From assembly GCA_018263395.1 (NCBI GenBank), contig JAANXF010000004.1, forward strand, positions 3,840 to 67,839: a stretch of 64,000 bases of DNA, in the 5' to 3' direction. This document shows, piece after piece, positions 25,686-36,361 of this stretch. Each line of letters opens with the position of its first letter. The stretch's first letter is position 1. The DNA is from Methanonatronarchaeales archaeon (GTDB taxonomy: Archaea; Halobacteriota; Methanonatronarchaeia; JAANXF01). The position numbers and the translations under genes were made by a program. The notes below the pieces were generated by a model that made no database searches, had not been told where the DNA came from, and saw nothing but the letters and a program-made list of their open reading frames with translations.

Positions 25686-26897
25686 ATGTCCGCCGTGAGG
25701 GAGATAGAGCTGGAGGGCCACATCATCGACTCCCTCGTACTTACCAGGGTATTTGACACGATAATGGACATGGAGGGCTCCTTCGAGGTCCTCGACTTCC
25801 ACATCGGTGAGCACAAGGAGGACGCCAGCTACAGCCGCATCCTGGTCGAGGGCAGGGACGAGGAACACCTGGACGAGGTGCTCAGCCGGCTCCACAGGTT
25901 CGGTGCAAACCTCCCCGAAATCAGGGACGCGGAGTGGGTAGAGGCGCCGGCGGACCGCGTGGTGCCGGAGGGTTTCTACTCCACGACGAACCACCGCACT
26001 TACGTGAGGGTCGACGGGCAGTGGACCGAAGTCGAGGGGATGGAGATGGACTGTACGGTCGTAGTTGACGGGGACGGAGCCGTGTGCAAGCCCGTCGGTG
26101 ACGTCGAGGTCGGCGACCGGGTCGTAACCGGCGAGGTCGGGATAAGGGTGGTTCCGCCCGAGAGACCGAGGAGGCACAGTGTCTTCGAGTTCATGGGGTC
26201 GAAGGTCTCCAGCGAAAAGCCCTCGGAGACGATGGTGGAGCAGGTCGCCTCGGAAATCGACCGCGTGAGGTCGGAGGGAGGTAAAATCGTGGTGGTGGCC
26301 GGGCCGGCGGTCGTGCACACCGGCGCCGCCGACGAGCTCGCTAGAATGGTCAGAGCGGGCTACGTGGATGCCCTCCTCACCGGAAACGGGTTCGCCGTAC
26401 ACGACATCGAGCGGTCGCTCTACGGAACCTCCCTCGGCATCGACCTCGACGAGAACGAGGCGGTGGGTGGAGGACACAAGCACCATATATACGCGATAAG
26501 CAATATGGTGCGCCACGGCTCCATAGAGGGGGCGGTCGAGGCCGGCGCCCTAGAGGAGGGGGTCATGTACGAGTGCGTCAGTAACGGAGTTCCCTTCGTC
26601 CTCGCGGGCTCCATACGTGACGACGGCCCGCTCCCCGACACGGTGACGGACGCGATGGAGGCACAGGACGCCATAAGGGAGCAGGTGAGGGACGCCGACA
26701 TGGTCGTAATGTTGGCCTCGATGCTTCACTCGATAGCTACGGGCAACGTCCTGCCGTCCTGGGTGAAGATCGTCTGCGTCGACATAAATCAGGCCACTGT
26801 CACGAAGCTGATGGACAGGGGGACTGCTCAGGCGATAGGTGTGGTGACGGACGTCGGCGTCTTCCTGCCCGAGCTGGCGGAGAGGCTTCTGGAATAG
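25686..26897 (+). CDS. TIGR00300-family (LOR/SDH-like) protein, probable ornithine cyclodeaminase
   Basis: [67 protein letters not shown]. Confidence 0.85.
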   Translation: MSAVREIELEGHIIDSLVLTRVFDTIMDMEGSFEVLDFHIGEHKEDASYSRILVEGRDEEHLDEVLSRLHRFGANLPEIRDAEWVEAPADRVVPEGFYSTTNHRTYVRVDGQWTEVEGMEMDCTVVVDGDGAVCKPVGDVEVGDRVVTGEVGIRVVPPERPRRHSVFEFMGSKVSSEKPSETMVEQVASEIDRVRSEGGKIVVVAGPAVVHTGAADELARMVRAGYVDALLTGNGFAVHDIERSLYGTSLGIDLDENEAVGGGHKHHIYAISNMVRHGSIEGAVEAGALEEGVMYECVSNGVPFVLAGSIRDDGPLPDTVTDAMEAQDAIREQVRDADMVVMLASMLHSIATGNVLPSWVKIVCVDINQATVTKLMDRGTAQAIGVVTDVGVFLPELAERLLE

Positions 26898-26909
26898 ACA
26901 GGGGGAGAG

Positions 26910-27059
26910 CTACCGTCCGTGTACGGACGCCCTGAACTGGCTCCTTCGAAGGACGGTCGCGTGGCCGGAGGCCTCCTCAGCTATGAACGAGAATGTCTCT
27001 CCCGGGGCAGCGTCCTTCTCCCGCCTGTCCAGCAATTCGTCGACCTCGATTACGTCCAT
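26910..27059 (-). CDS. Possible 49-aa hypothetical protein
   Basis: MDVIEVDELLDRREKD..; GGAGG-like sequence upstream; no family recognised. Confidence 0.3.
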   Translation of the reverse strand: MDVIEVDELLDRREKDAAPGETFSFIAEEASGHATVLRRSQFRASVHGR

Positions 27060-27186
27060 GGGTGGATGTCCCTCCCGGCGATGAAGCGGCTTTCCGGGAG
27101 GGATAAGCGAAAGTAAAAGATATTGCGGGCAGAGAGGAGGGCTCGGCAGAAGACTTAAACCGGTCTGAATGCCTTTTCCAAGGGGG

Positions 27187-27651
27187 ATGACTGAGTTCGA
27201 GAGGGACCTGGTCAGGAGCTTCAACGACTTCTTCGAGGAGAGGGACCTGAAAGCGGTCGCGTACCGGAGGAAGCAGCACAGGTTCTCATCACAGGTGGTG
27301 GACGTGCTCGTGGACTCCCTGAACCCGGACTTCTACCTGGCCATCGAGAACAAGTCGATATCTACGGCGAAGGGCGCGGGGGCTCTCTACTTCTCTCAGC
27401 ACTTCACCGAGTCCCAGATCCCGAGGCTATCGGGATTTCTGGAGAGAAGCGGCAGGAGGGGTTTTCTCGCCGTCGAGTTAAAGAGAGGTACCGGGCGCAA
27501 ACGCAGGGCCTTCGTAGTCCCGTGGAGCGACGTTGAGGCGCGGTGGAGCTCGGACGAACCGGGTTTTCCCGTCGACCGATTGAAGGGGTACAGCGAGCTG
27601 GAGAGGGTCGGGGGGAGGTACGAGGTGGGGAATGCCTTCGAAGCGGACTGA
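27187..27651 (+). CDS. PD-(D/E)xK nuclease, Holliday junction resolvase-like
   Basis: MTEFER..., VDVLVD, IENKS, FLAVEL motif order. Confidence 0.7.
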   Translation: MTEFERDLVRSFNDFFEERDLKAVAYRRKQHRFSSQVVDVLVDSLNPDFYLAIENKSISTAKGAGALYFSQHFTESQIPRLSGFLERSGRRGFLAVELKRGTGRKRRAFVVPWSDVEARWSSDEPGFPVDRLKGYSELERVGGRYEVGNAFEAD

Positions 27652-28603
27652 GGAGCTCGAGAGGAGGCTGGCGCGGGTGGACGGGGAGTCCATGAGGCGC
27701 CACGTCGAGGGGTTCCCTGAGTACCTGTCGGACGCGGCGCGGCTGTCAGAGCGGGTTCCCGACCCGTCGGGCAAAAGCGGAATAGCCGTGGCCGGAATGG
27801 GCGGCTCGGGGATAGGGGCGGAGATAATGAGGGCGCTCTGCTCTACGGAGCTGGATCTCCCTGTGGTGCCCGTACACGACTGCAAGCCTCCGCGGTTCGT
27901 CGACGGGGACTACCTATTCGTATCGGTGAGCTACTCCGGGGACACCGGGGAAACGATATCGGCACACCGGAGGGCCGTGGCCAGGGGGTGCGACACACTC
28001 GCGGTTACGTCCGGAGGCAGATTGGGCGGAGAAGAGTGGGACCACCTGGTAGAGGTCCCAAGAGGAATCCCCCCACGCGCAGCACTGCCGTACCTCCTCG
28101 CCCCCCTGCTGGGGCTGGCGAACCGCCTCGGAGCCGACCTCGACGTAGAGGACGCGGCCTCCCGGCTGGAGAATCCACGGGAGCCGGCGACGGAGACCGC
28201 GCTCGGCATCCACGGCTCCATTCCGGTGATCTACGGCTACGGCGCGCTGGCGCCGGCGGCCTATCGATGGAAGTGCCAGCTCAACGAGAACTCGGGGTCC
28301 TCCGCGTTCTGGAACTACTTTCCGGAGCTGAACCACAACGAGGTGGAAGGATGGAGCGACGACGGCATGTCCTGCGTTGTGCTTCGCTCCACCGACGACG
28401 AGATGGAGAGACGGGTCGACGCGGCCCTGGAGGCGGTGGTTCCCGCCGAAGTGGTCCACGAGCACGAATTCGGAGACGGACTCCCGGGGGTGCTCTCCGC
28501 GATACACCTCGGGGACTGGGTCAGCCTCTACCTCGCAGGCCTAAAAGGGGTGGACCCAACCCCCGTGAACGACATCGAGAAGGTCAAAGGGCTTCTGAGT
28601 TGA
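27632..28603 (+). CDS. Bifunctional phosphoglucose/phosphomannose isomerase (SIS)
   Basis: [50 protein letters not shown]. Confidence 0.9.
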   Translation: MPSKRTEELERRLARVDGESMRRHVEGFPEYLSDAARLSERVPDPSGKSGIAVAGMGGSGIGAEIMRALCSTELDLPVVPVHDCKPPRFVDGDYLFVSVSYSGDTGETISAHRRAVARGCDTLAVTSGGRLGGEEWDHLVEVPRGIPPRAALPYLLAPLLGLANRLGADLDVEDAASRLENPREPATETALGIHGSIPVIYGYGALAPAAYRWKCQLNENSGSSAFWNYFPELNHNEVEGWSDDGMSCVVLRSTDDEMERRVDAALEAVVPAEVVHEHEFGDGLPGVLSAIHLGDWVSLYLAGLKGVDPTPVNDIEKVKGLLS

Positions 28604-29931
28604 TCGCTCCTGCAGAGGTCGTTCTCTTCGCGTCTGCAGGCTTCTCCATAGGCGTTTTTACCGGGTTAATCCCGGGGCTGCACGTCAACAACGCCGCCCT
28701 GCTCCTCGCCTCCTCCGTCCCCGCGCTCGCCTCCGCGTCGGTGCCGCCTGAGGCCATCGCTGTGATGATAGTCGCCGCCGCCGTAAGCCACACGTTCCTC
28801 GACATAGTTCCCTCCGTCCTGGTAGGTGCTCCGGAACCCTCGACCGCGCTCGCTGTTCTGCCCGGCCACCGCCTCCTGATGGAGGGTCGAGCCTCCGAGG
28901 CGATACGGCTCTCTGCTCTCGGGAGCGGGGCAGCGGTCTTTCTGGCACTCCTGTTGGCCCTTCCCATAAAATTGCTCTTCGAGGAGATCTACCCGGAGAT
29001 CCTGCCGTACCTGGGCTGGTTGCTGCTCCTCGTAAGCGCGATAATGGTGGTGTCAGAAACCGGGGACCCGGGGCCCTTCGAGGTCCCGTCCAGGTCCTCG
29101 GCCCTGAAGGCCCGGGGCTGGGCCCTGGGCCTGTTCCTCCTGTCGGGCTGCCTCGGGTACGTGGCGCTCAGAGGGGACTCCCTCGGGGCGCCCCAGCCAC
29201 TCCTGGGGGTCGACGCATCGATCCTGTTTCCACTCCTGACCGGGCTATTCGGGACGTCGACCGTGGTCCTCAGCCTGGCGTCAGACACCGACCCCCCAAA
29301 CCAGTCCGCCGACCCCGTCGGATTACCCCGGCGGGTCGCCGCGAGGTCGATAGCGGGTGGAACGCTATCCGGGACCCTGGTGGGATGGCTTCCCGGCGTG
29401 ACCTCTGCCCAGGCCGCCGTGCTCGCGGGTGAGCTCTCGGGCGAGAAGCTCACTCCGAACGCTCCGGAGGGCGCGAGGAGCTACATCGTCTCGGTCTCCG
29501 CCGTAAATTCTTCCAACGCGGTTTTTACGCTCGTGGCCCTGTACACGATAGGCAGGGCGAGGAGCGGAGCGATGGTGGCCTTCGAGGACGTCGTCCCCGT
29601 GTCCGCCTGGGCCGGAGGCCTGCCGCCCCTGCTGGGTGCGAGCCTGATGGTCGTGGCCGTAAGCGGGTTCCTGTCCTACATTACGCTGGTCGGGGCCTCG
29701 GACCCCCTGTCGAGAACCATGTCGTCCCTCAACTACCGCTACCTGTCCCTGGCCGTGCTGGTGGCGCTCTCGTCCGCGGCGTTTCTCCTGACAGGGTTCT
29801 TCGGTCTACAGGTCCTCGCCGTGGCCACGGCCATGGGTCTGCTTCCGCCGAAGCTCGGGGTCAGGAGAACGCACCTCATGGGGTGCCTCCTGCTGCCCAT
29901 CATGATGTTCTTCTTCGGCCTGAGGGGGTGA
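28600..29931 (+). CDS. TctA-like (DUF112) tripartite tricarboxylate transporter-family permease
   Basis: GLIPGLHVN, HTFLDIVPS.L.GAP, VLPGH, LPGVTSAQ; highly hydrophobic; TTG overlapping upstream stop. Confidence 0.85.
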   Translation: MIAPAEVVLFASAGFSIGVFTGLIPGLHVNNAALLLASSVPALASASVPPEAIAVMIVAAAVSHTFLDIVPSVLVGAPEPSTALAVLPGHRLLMEGRASEAIRLSALGSGAAVFLALLLALPIKLLFEEIYPEILPYLGWLLLLVSAIMVVSETGDPGPFEVPSRSSALKARGWALGLFLLSGCLGYVALRGDSLGAPQPLLGVDASILFPLLTGLFGTSTVVLSLASDTDPPNQSADPVGLPRRVAARSIAGGTLSGTLVGWLPGVTSAQAAVLAGELSGEKLTPNAPEGARSYIVSVSAVNSSNAVFTLVALYTIGRARSGAMVAFEDVVPVSAWAGGLPPLLGASLMVVAVSGFLSYITLVGASDPLSRTMSSLNYRYLSLAVLVALSSAAFLLTGFFGLQVLAVATAMGLLPPKLGVRRTHLMGCLLLPIMMFFFGLRG

Positions 29932-30129
29932 CCTCTGGAAGTGGCTGGCGCTTCTCTTCGGGAACTGGTGACGGTCGTAAAGCGGTTTTCCTACGTGTAC
30001 AGGTTTCTGTGTCGAACAGCGGTTACCGGAGAGTGAGCGGTTGACCAGTACTCCCCGACCATCGCCGCACTTCCCCCGCTCCCGGCCATTTGTGCTCCGC
30101 CCGGTGGAGTGGACCGGGGATAGCTGCGT

Positions 30130-30885
30130 CTAAGGGTGGGCAGGCGCGTGCATCGTGCCGGAGTCCTCAGAAGCGAGTATCTGGACGGGGTACGCGGATC
30201 CCCCGTACTTTATCACCAGCACGTCGTTCGCGCTGGCCTCCTCCGCCTGGAAGACCGCCCTCGTGCCGTTCCGCAGGGTGGATTCGCCGGGCGTCGGGCC
30301 CTTGACGGTCACCTGCGAACCGTTCCTTGTACCCCTCACCGTGTACTCGTACTCCCCCTGAGGTATACTCGACGGGTACAGGTCTGAGGGCACGAAGACG
30401 ACGCCCCCCTCGCCGTCGAGGAACGCCCTCCCCGATATCCGCACGAGGTACCCATTCCAGGTGTCCAGCTCGCCCTCCACTAGCACCGCCAGGGTCCTCG
30501 AGGATTCGGGCAGCCCGAGTTGCTCCTTCGGAAGCTGCTCCGTGGAGAACAGCGCGACCCCCAGACCCCTCTCCCCACTTCTCCAGACCGTCATACTGCC
30601 CGCCTTCCTGACCTTCTCCCAGCCGTTCTCCTCCAACTGCTCGCCGTACGCGGACCCCAGCTCATCGATGGAAGCGTTCGTGGAGTACGCCGTCACGCTG
30701 GCATTGCGGGATACGTCCCTCTTCACGTTCTCGACCACCTGTCCGGGAAGCTCCACCTCCTCCCCGCCCAGCGGTTCCGGGACCACGGCCTCCGTACCCG
30801 CGCAACCTCCGATGGTGACCGTTAAAGCCAGCAATAGGAACAGAAGTATCGATTTCGATGGCACCCCTGTGTCCCCCTCCCTCAT
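30130..30885 (-). CDS. Hypothetical lipoprotein
   Basis: N-terminal hydrophobic segment with lipobox-like TIGGC. Confidence 0.6.
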   Translation of the reverse strand: MREGDTGVPSKSILLFLLLALTVTIGGCAGTEAVVPEPLGGEEVELPGQVVENVKRDVSRNASVTAYSTNASIDELGSAYGEQLEENGWEKVRKAGSMTVWRSGERGLGVALFSTEQLPKEQLGLPESSRTLAVLVEGELDTWNGYLVRISGRAFLDGEGGVVFVPSDLYPSSIPQGEYEYTVRGTRNGSQVTVKGPTPGESTLRNGTRAVFQAEEASANDVLVIKYGGSAYPVQILASEDSGTMHAPAHP

Positions 30886-30998
30886 CCCGTTGTGGTTCTC
30901 TGTCCCGAAACTTAACTCTTGTCGAAACCTCCCCTGCTGTGGAGGGGGTGGGCCGGGTTTAACTGCCCTCGACGATAGTTCTCCAAGAGGTATGGTCC

Positions 30999-31388
30999 TT
31001 GGCTGTGCTGGTCGCCCACGCGCTTTACGGTTCCGCCGTTTACTGCATGTTCGCCGGCTTCGGTGAGGGGTGCTTCGCCGCCGGTCTCTCCGCGGTCCTT
31101 CTGGACGCGGACAGGCCCGGTGTCTCCCTCCTTCACTCGCCGCTCGTCCTCGCCGCCCCGGCCGTGCTGCTACCGACGGAGTGGAGCCGCTTTTTCCTGC
31201 CGGCCGTGGTGGGCCTCGCGTCTCACCTCTTCCTGGACGGCCTGACCAGGGACGGGATTCTGCTGTACCCCGGAGGGAGGTTCCCGGACAGGGAGACCCG
31301 CAGCGGCCTTCCGTCCGGAAACGACGCGGCCCTGAACCTCGGTGTATCCGTGCTGTCGCTGGGGGCCGTGCTGTACTTCCTCCTCTGA
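30999..31388 (+). CDS. YdjM-like membrane metal-dependent hydrolase
   Basis: H..., LLDAD, LLHS, ASHLFLD..T..G motif series in a hydrophobic protein. Confidence 0.65.
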   Translation: MAVLVAHALYGSAVYCMFAGFGEGCFAAGLSAVLLDADRPGVSLLHSPLVLAAPAVLLPTEWSRFFLPAVVGLASHLFLDGLTRDGILLYPGGRFPDRETRSGLPSGNDAALNLGVSVLSLGAVLYFLL

Positions 31389-31429
31389 GCAGGTTTTAAC
31401 CCGGCTGGCCGCAAACTAATTCCCCACTG

Positions 31430-34400
31430 ATGAAGAGGGTCGGGAGCTACGTCGCGGAGGACGTCGAGGAGCGCGTTTTCGAAATCTGGAGAGAGCGCTC
31501 CGCCCACAGCAGGGCGAGGGCTGAAGCCCGGGGCGGGGAGAGGTTCTACTTCCTGGACGGTCCTCCCTACACCACGGGCCGCATCCACCTCGGCACGACC
31601 TGGAACAAGATACTGAAGGACGCGGTGCTGCGTCACAGGCGGATGAAGGGCCTCGACGTGATGGATCGCCCCGGCTGGGACATGCACGGCCTGCCCATCG
31701 AGGTAAAGGTGGAGGAGAGCCTCGGCCTCAGCAACAAGAAGGAAATCGAGGAGCTCGGCGTCGACAGGTTCGTGGAGGAGTGCAGGTCCTTCGCGCTCCG
31801 CTTCAAGGACCAGATGACGGAGCAGTTCAGGAACCTCGGCGTATGGTTAACCTGGGAGGACCCCTACATGACCGTCACGGACGAGTACATCGAGGCAGCC
31901 TGGTGGGCCCTGAAAAGGGGGCACGAAAGGGACCTCCTGGAGAGGGGGCAGCGGGTGGTCAACTGGTGTCCGCGGTGCGAGACGGCGCTGGCCGACTCGG
32001 AGGTGGACTACAGGGAGGTCAGCGACCCGTCGATCTACGTCAAACTTCCGGTGGAGGGTCGCGAGGACGAGTACGTCCTGGTGTGGACCACGACCCCCTG
32101 GACGGTTCCCTCAAACGTGGCCGTCGCCGTGCACCCCGGTTACGGTTACGCCAGGGTGCGGATAGGGGAGGAGGTCTTCATCGTAGCGGAGCAGGTCGCG
32201 GAGGACGTCGCGGAGCTCGCCGGGGCAGAGGAGCACGACGTGCTCGATACCTTTCTCGGGGAGGACCTCCGGGGCCTGAGGTACCGGCACCCTCTGGAGG
32301 ACCTCGTTCCGGGGCAGGCCGAGATGCACGACAGGGACGAGGTGCACAGGGTGTACCTCGCGGACTTCGTGACCGTGGAGAAGACCGGATGCGTCCACGT
32401 GGCGCCGGGGCACGGCCCCGAGGACTTCGACCTGGCTCAGGAGCACGGGCTGCCGGTGTTCTCACCGGTCGACGAGGAGGGGCGCTTCACGGATGAGGCC
32501 GGTAGGTACTCGGGTAAGAAGGTGATGGAGTCCAACGAGGAGATAATCAGGGACCTGGACGAGAGGGGCGCCCTCATGTCCGGCTCGACCGTCAGCCACA
32601 GGTACGGCCACTGCTGGAGGTGCGACACCGCCCTGGTATTCATCGCGACGGAGCAGTGGTTCCTGAAGATTTCCAGCCTTACGGACGGGATGCTGGAGGA
32701 GATCGACCGCGTGGACTGGACCCCGGAGTGGGCAGGGTCGTCGAGATTCCGTGACTGGGTGGAGGGAGGCAGGGACTGGTGCATATCGAGGCAGCGTTAC
32801 TGGGGAATACCCCTGCCGGTCTGGGTCTGCGAGGAGTGCGGGAAGGAGACGGTCGTGGGAACCGTGGAGGAGCTCGAGGAGCGCGGTGGCTCCGTGGAGG
32901 GGCTGCACAGGCCCCACGTGGACGACGTGGTTATCGAATGCGGCGAGTGCGGGGGAGGTGCGCGCCGCGTGGAGGACGTGCTCGACGTGTGGTTCGACTC
33001 GGCCGTGGCGTCCTGGGCCAACCTGGATTACCCGCGCAGGACCGACCTCTTCGAGAAGTGGTGGCCTGCCGACCTCGTAATCGAGGGACACGACCAGGCC
33101 CGAGGCTGGTTCTACTCCCAGCTCGGGGCGGGGTCCGTGGCCATGGACAGGGCACCGTACGAGGCCGTCATGATGCACGGCTTCACTCTGGACGAGGAGG
33201 GGCACAAGATGTCCAAGTCCGAGGGCAACGTCGTGAGTCCCGAGGAGGTGATCGAGCGTTACGGTCGCGACACTCTGCGTCTGTACCTGATGGGCGCTTG
33301 CGCGCCCTGGGCGGACCTTCACTTCGACTGGGACGAGTGCGGAAACGTCTACCGGGCCCTCAACGTGTTCTGGAACGTGCACCGATTCGCCTCGACGTAC
33401 ATGTCGATGGACGACTTCGAACCGTCAAAGCATCCGCTCCAGGGTCAGGACCTTGAACCGGAGGACCGGTGGATTCTCTCCCGGGCGCAGAGCGTGGCAG
33501 CCGAGGTGGACGGTGCAATGGACCGGCTCGAGCCCCACGTCGCAGCCAGGGCGCTGAAGGCGTTCGTCCTCGACGACCTGTCCAGGTGGTACGTCCGCAT
33601 CATTCGGGACAGGACCTGGATGGAGGACGAAGACCCCTCCAAGCTCGCCGCCTACTCGGCGCTGCACAGCGTTCTCATGGACACGGCCAGAATCGCGGCT
33701 CCATTCGTGCCATTCGTGGCGGAGGAGATATACCAGAGCCTCGCGCCGGAGCCCCTCGAAACCCTGCACCTGGAGGAATTTCCTTCATCCAGAGGCCGGA
33801 TCGACACGGAGCTCGAGGGGGACATGTCGACGGTGAGGTCGGCAGTAAACCTCGTGTCCAACGCGAGGCAGAAGGCCGGGGTTAGCCTGAGGTGGCCGGT
33901 GAGGCGGGTCGTGGTCGAGGGGGAGGGCGGCGGATGCGTGAAGAGGCTGGAGGAGCTCTTCACCAAGATGACCAACGCGAAGGGGGTGACGGTCACGGAC
34001 GAGTGGAGCGGGCTCGATGAGAGGGTCGAGCCCGACATGTCGGTCCTCGGTCCGGCCTTCGGGGAAGACGCGCCGCGGGTGGCGGAGGCCGTCAGGTCGT
34101 CCGAGTCCCGGGTGGAGGCCGTCGAGGTCGACGGAGAACCAATCGAACTCCCTGAGGGGGCGTACGGCGTGGTGGAGGAGGTTCCCGAGGGTTACGCGTC
34201 CTCGGCGTCCGAAGGGCTGAGGGTCTTCGTGGACTGCAGGCTCGACGACGAGCTGAGGTCCGAGGGTTACGCCGCAGAGCTGATTCGCAGAACCCAGGAG
34301 ACGAGGAAGGAGATGGAGCTGGAGGAGGACAGGCGCATCGCCGTAACTGTGGACACCGACGAGAAGTTCGAGGAACTCGTCTCACCGAGGAGTGATTACG

Positions 34401-34510
34401 TCATGGACGAGACGAGGGCCGACGAACTCTCGTTCGGTGAGGTGCGGGGGCACATGACGGAGTGGGAGGTGGAGGGCCATCCACTCAGAGTGGGCGTAGA
34501 ACCGCTATGA
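31430..34510 (+). CDS. ileS: Isoleucyl-tRNA synthetase
   Basis: DGPPY..HLGT (HIGH), GWDMHGLPIE, WTTTPWT, DWCISRQRYWG, KMSKS. Confidence 0.98.
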   Translation: MKRVGSYVAEDVEERVFEIWRERSAHSRARAEARGGERFYFLDGPPYTTGRIHLGTTWNKILKDAVLRHRRMKGLDVMDRPGWDMHGLPIEVKVEESLGLSNKKEIEELGVDRFVEECRSFALRFKDQMTEQFRNLGVWLTWEDPYMTVTDEYIEAAWWALKRGHERDLLERGQRVVNWCPRCETALADSEVDYREVSDPSIYVKLPVEGREDEYVLVWTTTPWTVPSNVAVAVHPGYGYARVRIGEEVFIVAEQVAEDVAELAGAEEHDVLDTFLGEDLRGLRYRHPLEDLVPGQAEMHDRDEVHRVYLADFVTVEKTGCVHVAPGHGPEDFDLAQEHGLPVFSPVDEEGRFTDEAGRYSGKKVMESNEEIIRDLDERGALMSGSTVSHRYGHCWRCDTALVFIATEQWFLKISSLTDGMLEEIDRVDWTPEWAGSSRFRDWVEGGRDWCISRQRYWGIPLPVWVCEECGKETVVGTVEELEERGGSVEGLHRPHVDDVVIECGECGGGARRVEDVLDVWFDSAVASWANLDYPRRTDLFEKWWPADLVIEGHDQARGWFYSQLGAGSVAMDRAPYEAVMMHGFTLDEEGHKMSKSEGNVVSPEEVIERYGRDTLRLYLMGACAPWADLHFDWDECGNVYRALNVFWNVHRFASTYMSMDDFEPSKHPLQGQDLEPEDRWILSRAQSVAAEVDGAMDRLEPHVAARALKAFVLDDLSRWYVRIIRDRTWMEDEDPSKLAAYSALHSVLMDTARIAAPFVPFVAEEIYQSLAPEPLETLHLEEFPSSRGRIDTELEGDMSTVRSAVNLVSNARQKAGVSLRWPVRRVVVEGEGGGCVKRLEELFTKMTNAKGVTVTDEWSGLDERVEPDMSVLGPAFGEDAPRVAEAVRSSESRVEAVEVDGEPIELPEGAYGVVEEVPEGYASSASEGLRVFVDCRLDDELRSEGYAAELIRRTQETRKEMELEEDRRIAVTVDTDEKFEELVSPRSDYVMDETRADELSFGEVRGHMTEWEVEGHPLRVGVEPL

Positions 34511-35139
34511 GGTACAGGGAGTGGGAGCCTTACTACCACGAAATCCTCGAGGAGTTCGGCTACTCCGAGGACGAGGATAGGCGAAGCGCTGAGCACCTGG
34601 CCCGGATGACCGCCGGGAAGAGGATAGCCGCCTCGGACGTCAGGAGGGTCCTGCGTGGAGATCGCGTAACGGTCGTGGGAGACGCACCCTCCCTCCCCCG
34701 CGAACTCGACTCGACCGAGCCCCCCGGTGTCCTCGTGGCGGCCGACGGCGCTACGACGCACCTGCTCGCCAGGGGAATCGTTCCCGAAGTGGTGGTGACC
34801 GACCTGGACGGTGACCCCGTGCGTCTGGCGGACGCGGAGGAGCGGGGCTCGATAATCAACGTGCACGCCCACGGGGACAACCGGGAGCCGGTGGACACAT
34901 GGGTTCCGACGCTGGAGGCCGTGCTTCCGACGTGCCAGTGCAGGCCCTTCGACGGTCTCTACAACTTCGGCGGATTTACCGACGGCGACAGGGCAGCGTT
35001 CATGGCCGACGAGCTCGGTGCCGCATCGATAGGTCTGTTTGGATTCGATTTCGATGACTATCCGTCGGAGGAGAAGGGGCGGAAACTCGCCTGGGCGAGA
35101 CGCCTGCTCGGGCTACTGGAACCGGATAACCTCGGGTGA
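34507..35139 (+). CDS. mptE: 6-hydroxymethyl-7,8-dihydropterin pyrophosphokinase (DUF115)
   Basis: WEPYY.EI, AADGA, VTDLDG, VHAHGDN, NFGGFTDGDRA, GFDF, KL.WA. Confidence 0.92.
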   Translation: MRYREWEPYYHEILEEFGYSEDEDRRSAEHLARMTAGKRIAASDVRRVLRGDRVTVVGDAPSLPRELDSTEPPGVLVAADGATTHLLARGIVPEVVVTDLDGDPVRLADAEERGSIINVHAHGDNREPVDTWVPTLEAVLPTCQCRPFDGLYNFGGFTDGDRAAFMADELGAASIGLFGFDFDDYPSEEKGRKLAWARRLLGLLEPDNLG

Positions 35140-35763
35140 CGCGGCCGCGTCGAGCCTGCGCGCCAGCAGGGTGCCCATATCGGTGAGGTTGTCGGTTGGG
35201 AGGTAGTTGGCCGCCCTCCTCTGGAAGTGCACCGAGCAGTTCGGCGGGAACTCTCCCCTCCTGGGAGAGATGCTCACCATCAGCCTGATTTCGGGTAGCG
35301 TCGGCACTTCGACCCTTCCCTCCTCGACCACCCTCCCTCCGAGGGCATCGGCCGCTGATTCCAGCGCCCCGACACGTGGGGCAAAGGAACTCCCTATCCT
35401 GCTCACCGTCCTCCTCTTGAACGCCGTTTCCTTCGCACCGCCTCTCGGTAACTGCCAGAGGTTCACCCACTCGTCTCCCCTCTCCGTCACCCGCCTCGCC
35501 ACGCGGTCCGACATAGAGTAGTACGCGAGGACGCAGATCATCCCAGGGCTAAGGTCGACCTCCCCATCTGAGAACTCGTCTATCAGGACATCGCCTTCCA
35601 GGCGGTAACCCAGGAACTCCAGCTCGTCACCGAAGCCGAGCCTGTTTCTGAGGGAGCGTATCTCCTCGCCGAAGTTTTCAGGGCTCCAGAGCTCTTCGGC
35701 CGACGAATAATCGTGGCTGTCCCTCACGTGGTCAACGGCCTCGTGCCAGGATGAGAACTCCAT
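35113..35763 (-). CDS. DUF3786-like hypothetical protein
   Basis: W...LPRGG..AF, ALGG, LP.I.L, DEF-like GEFPPNCSVHF, LPTD.L pattern. Confidence 0.65.
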   Translation of the reverse strand: MEFSSWHEAVDHVRDSHDYSSAEELWSPENFGEEIRSLRNRLGFGDELEFLGYRLEGDVLIDEFSDGEVDLSPGMICVLAYYSMSDRVARRVTERGDEWVNLWQLPRGGAKETAFKRRTVSRIGSSFAPRVGALESAADALGGRVVEEGRVEVPTLPEIRLMVSISPRRGEFPPNCSVHFQRRAANYLPTDNLTDMGTLLARRLDAAASPEVIRFQ

Positions 35764-35808
35764 TCTGGACCTACTCGACCTGCGTCAAAAAGAGAGTTTC
35801 GTTCGCCG

Positions 35809-36351
35809 CTACCTGCACAGTTCCGCAAAGTTTTTCAGCATCCTGGTCCCCTCCTCGGTGTGGTGGACCTCCGGGTGGAACTGTACGCCGAAAGCCGGTT
35901 TTTCGAGGTGCCTCATCGCCTCGACGTCGCACATTTCGGAGCGTGCCGTCACCCGGAACCCCGACGGCACATCCTTCACCTCGTCGGCGTGAGACGCCCA
36001 GACCCGTGTACCACCGCCGATTCCCTCGAAGAGCGAGTCTCCAAGCAGCTCTACCTCCACCTCGGCGTATCCACCTCTTTCGCCCGGACCGACCCTCCCG
36101 CCGAATTCCTCGGCCATTACCTGGTGCCCCAGACAGATGCCGAGGACCGGCACCTCTACCCCCCTCGAGTAGAGGCCGCTGTTTCCGGCCCCATCCAGGC
36201 TGGGGCCTCCGCTCAGGATAATTCCATCCGCCTCCCGGATTTCCTCGAGTGGAAGCTGGTTCGACACCAGGCGGCTGCGTACACCCGCGTCCCGCAGGGC
36301 CCTGCCTATCAGGTGGGTGTACTGTCCACCGTTATTCACCACTAAAATCAT
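35809..36351 (-). CDS. guaAA: GMP synthase glutamine amidotransferase subunit A
   Basis: NNGGQYTH, LSGGP, LGICLGHQ, SHADEV, GVQFHPEV.HT. Confidence 0.95.
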   Translation of the reverse strand: MILVVNNGGQYTHLIGRALRDAGVRSRLVSNQLPLEEIREADGIILSGGPSLDGAGNSGLYSRGVEVPVLGICLGHQVMAEEFGGRVGPGERGGYAEVEVELLGDSLFEGIGGGTRVWASHADEVKDVPSGFRVTARSEMCDVEAMRHLEKPAFGVQFHPEVHHTEEGTRMLKNFAELCR

Positions 36352-36361
36352 CCATTTTTAA

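Noticed and set aside
27077-27103. Fluoride riboswitch (GGCGATG start)
   Set aside because: No complementary TCGCC or pseudoknot follows, and there is no crcB-like gene downstream.
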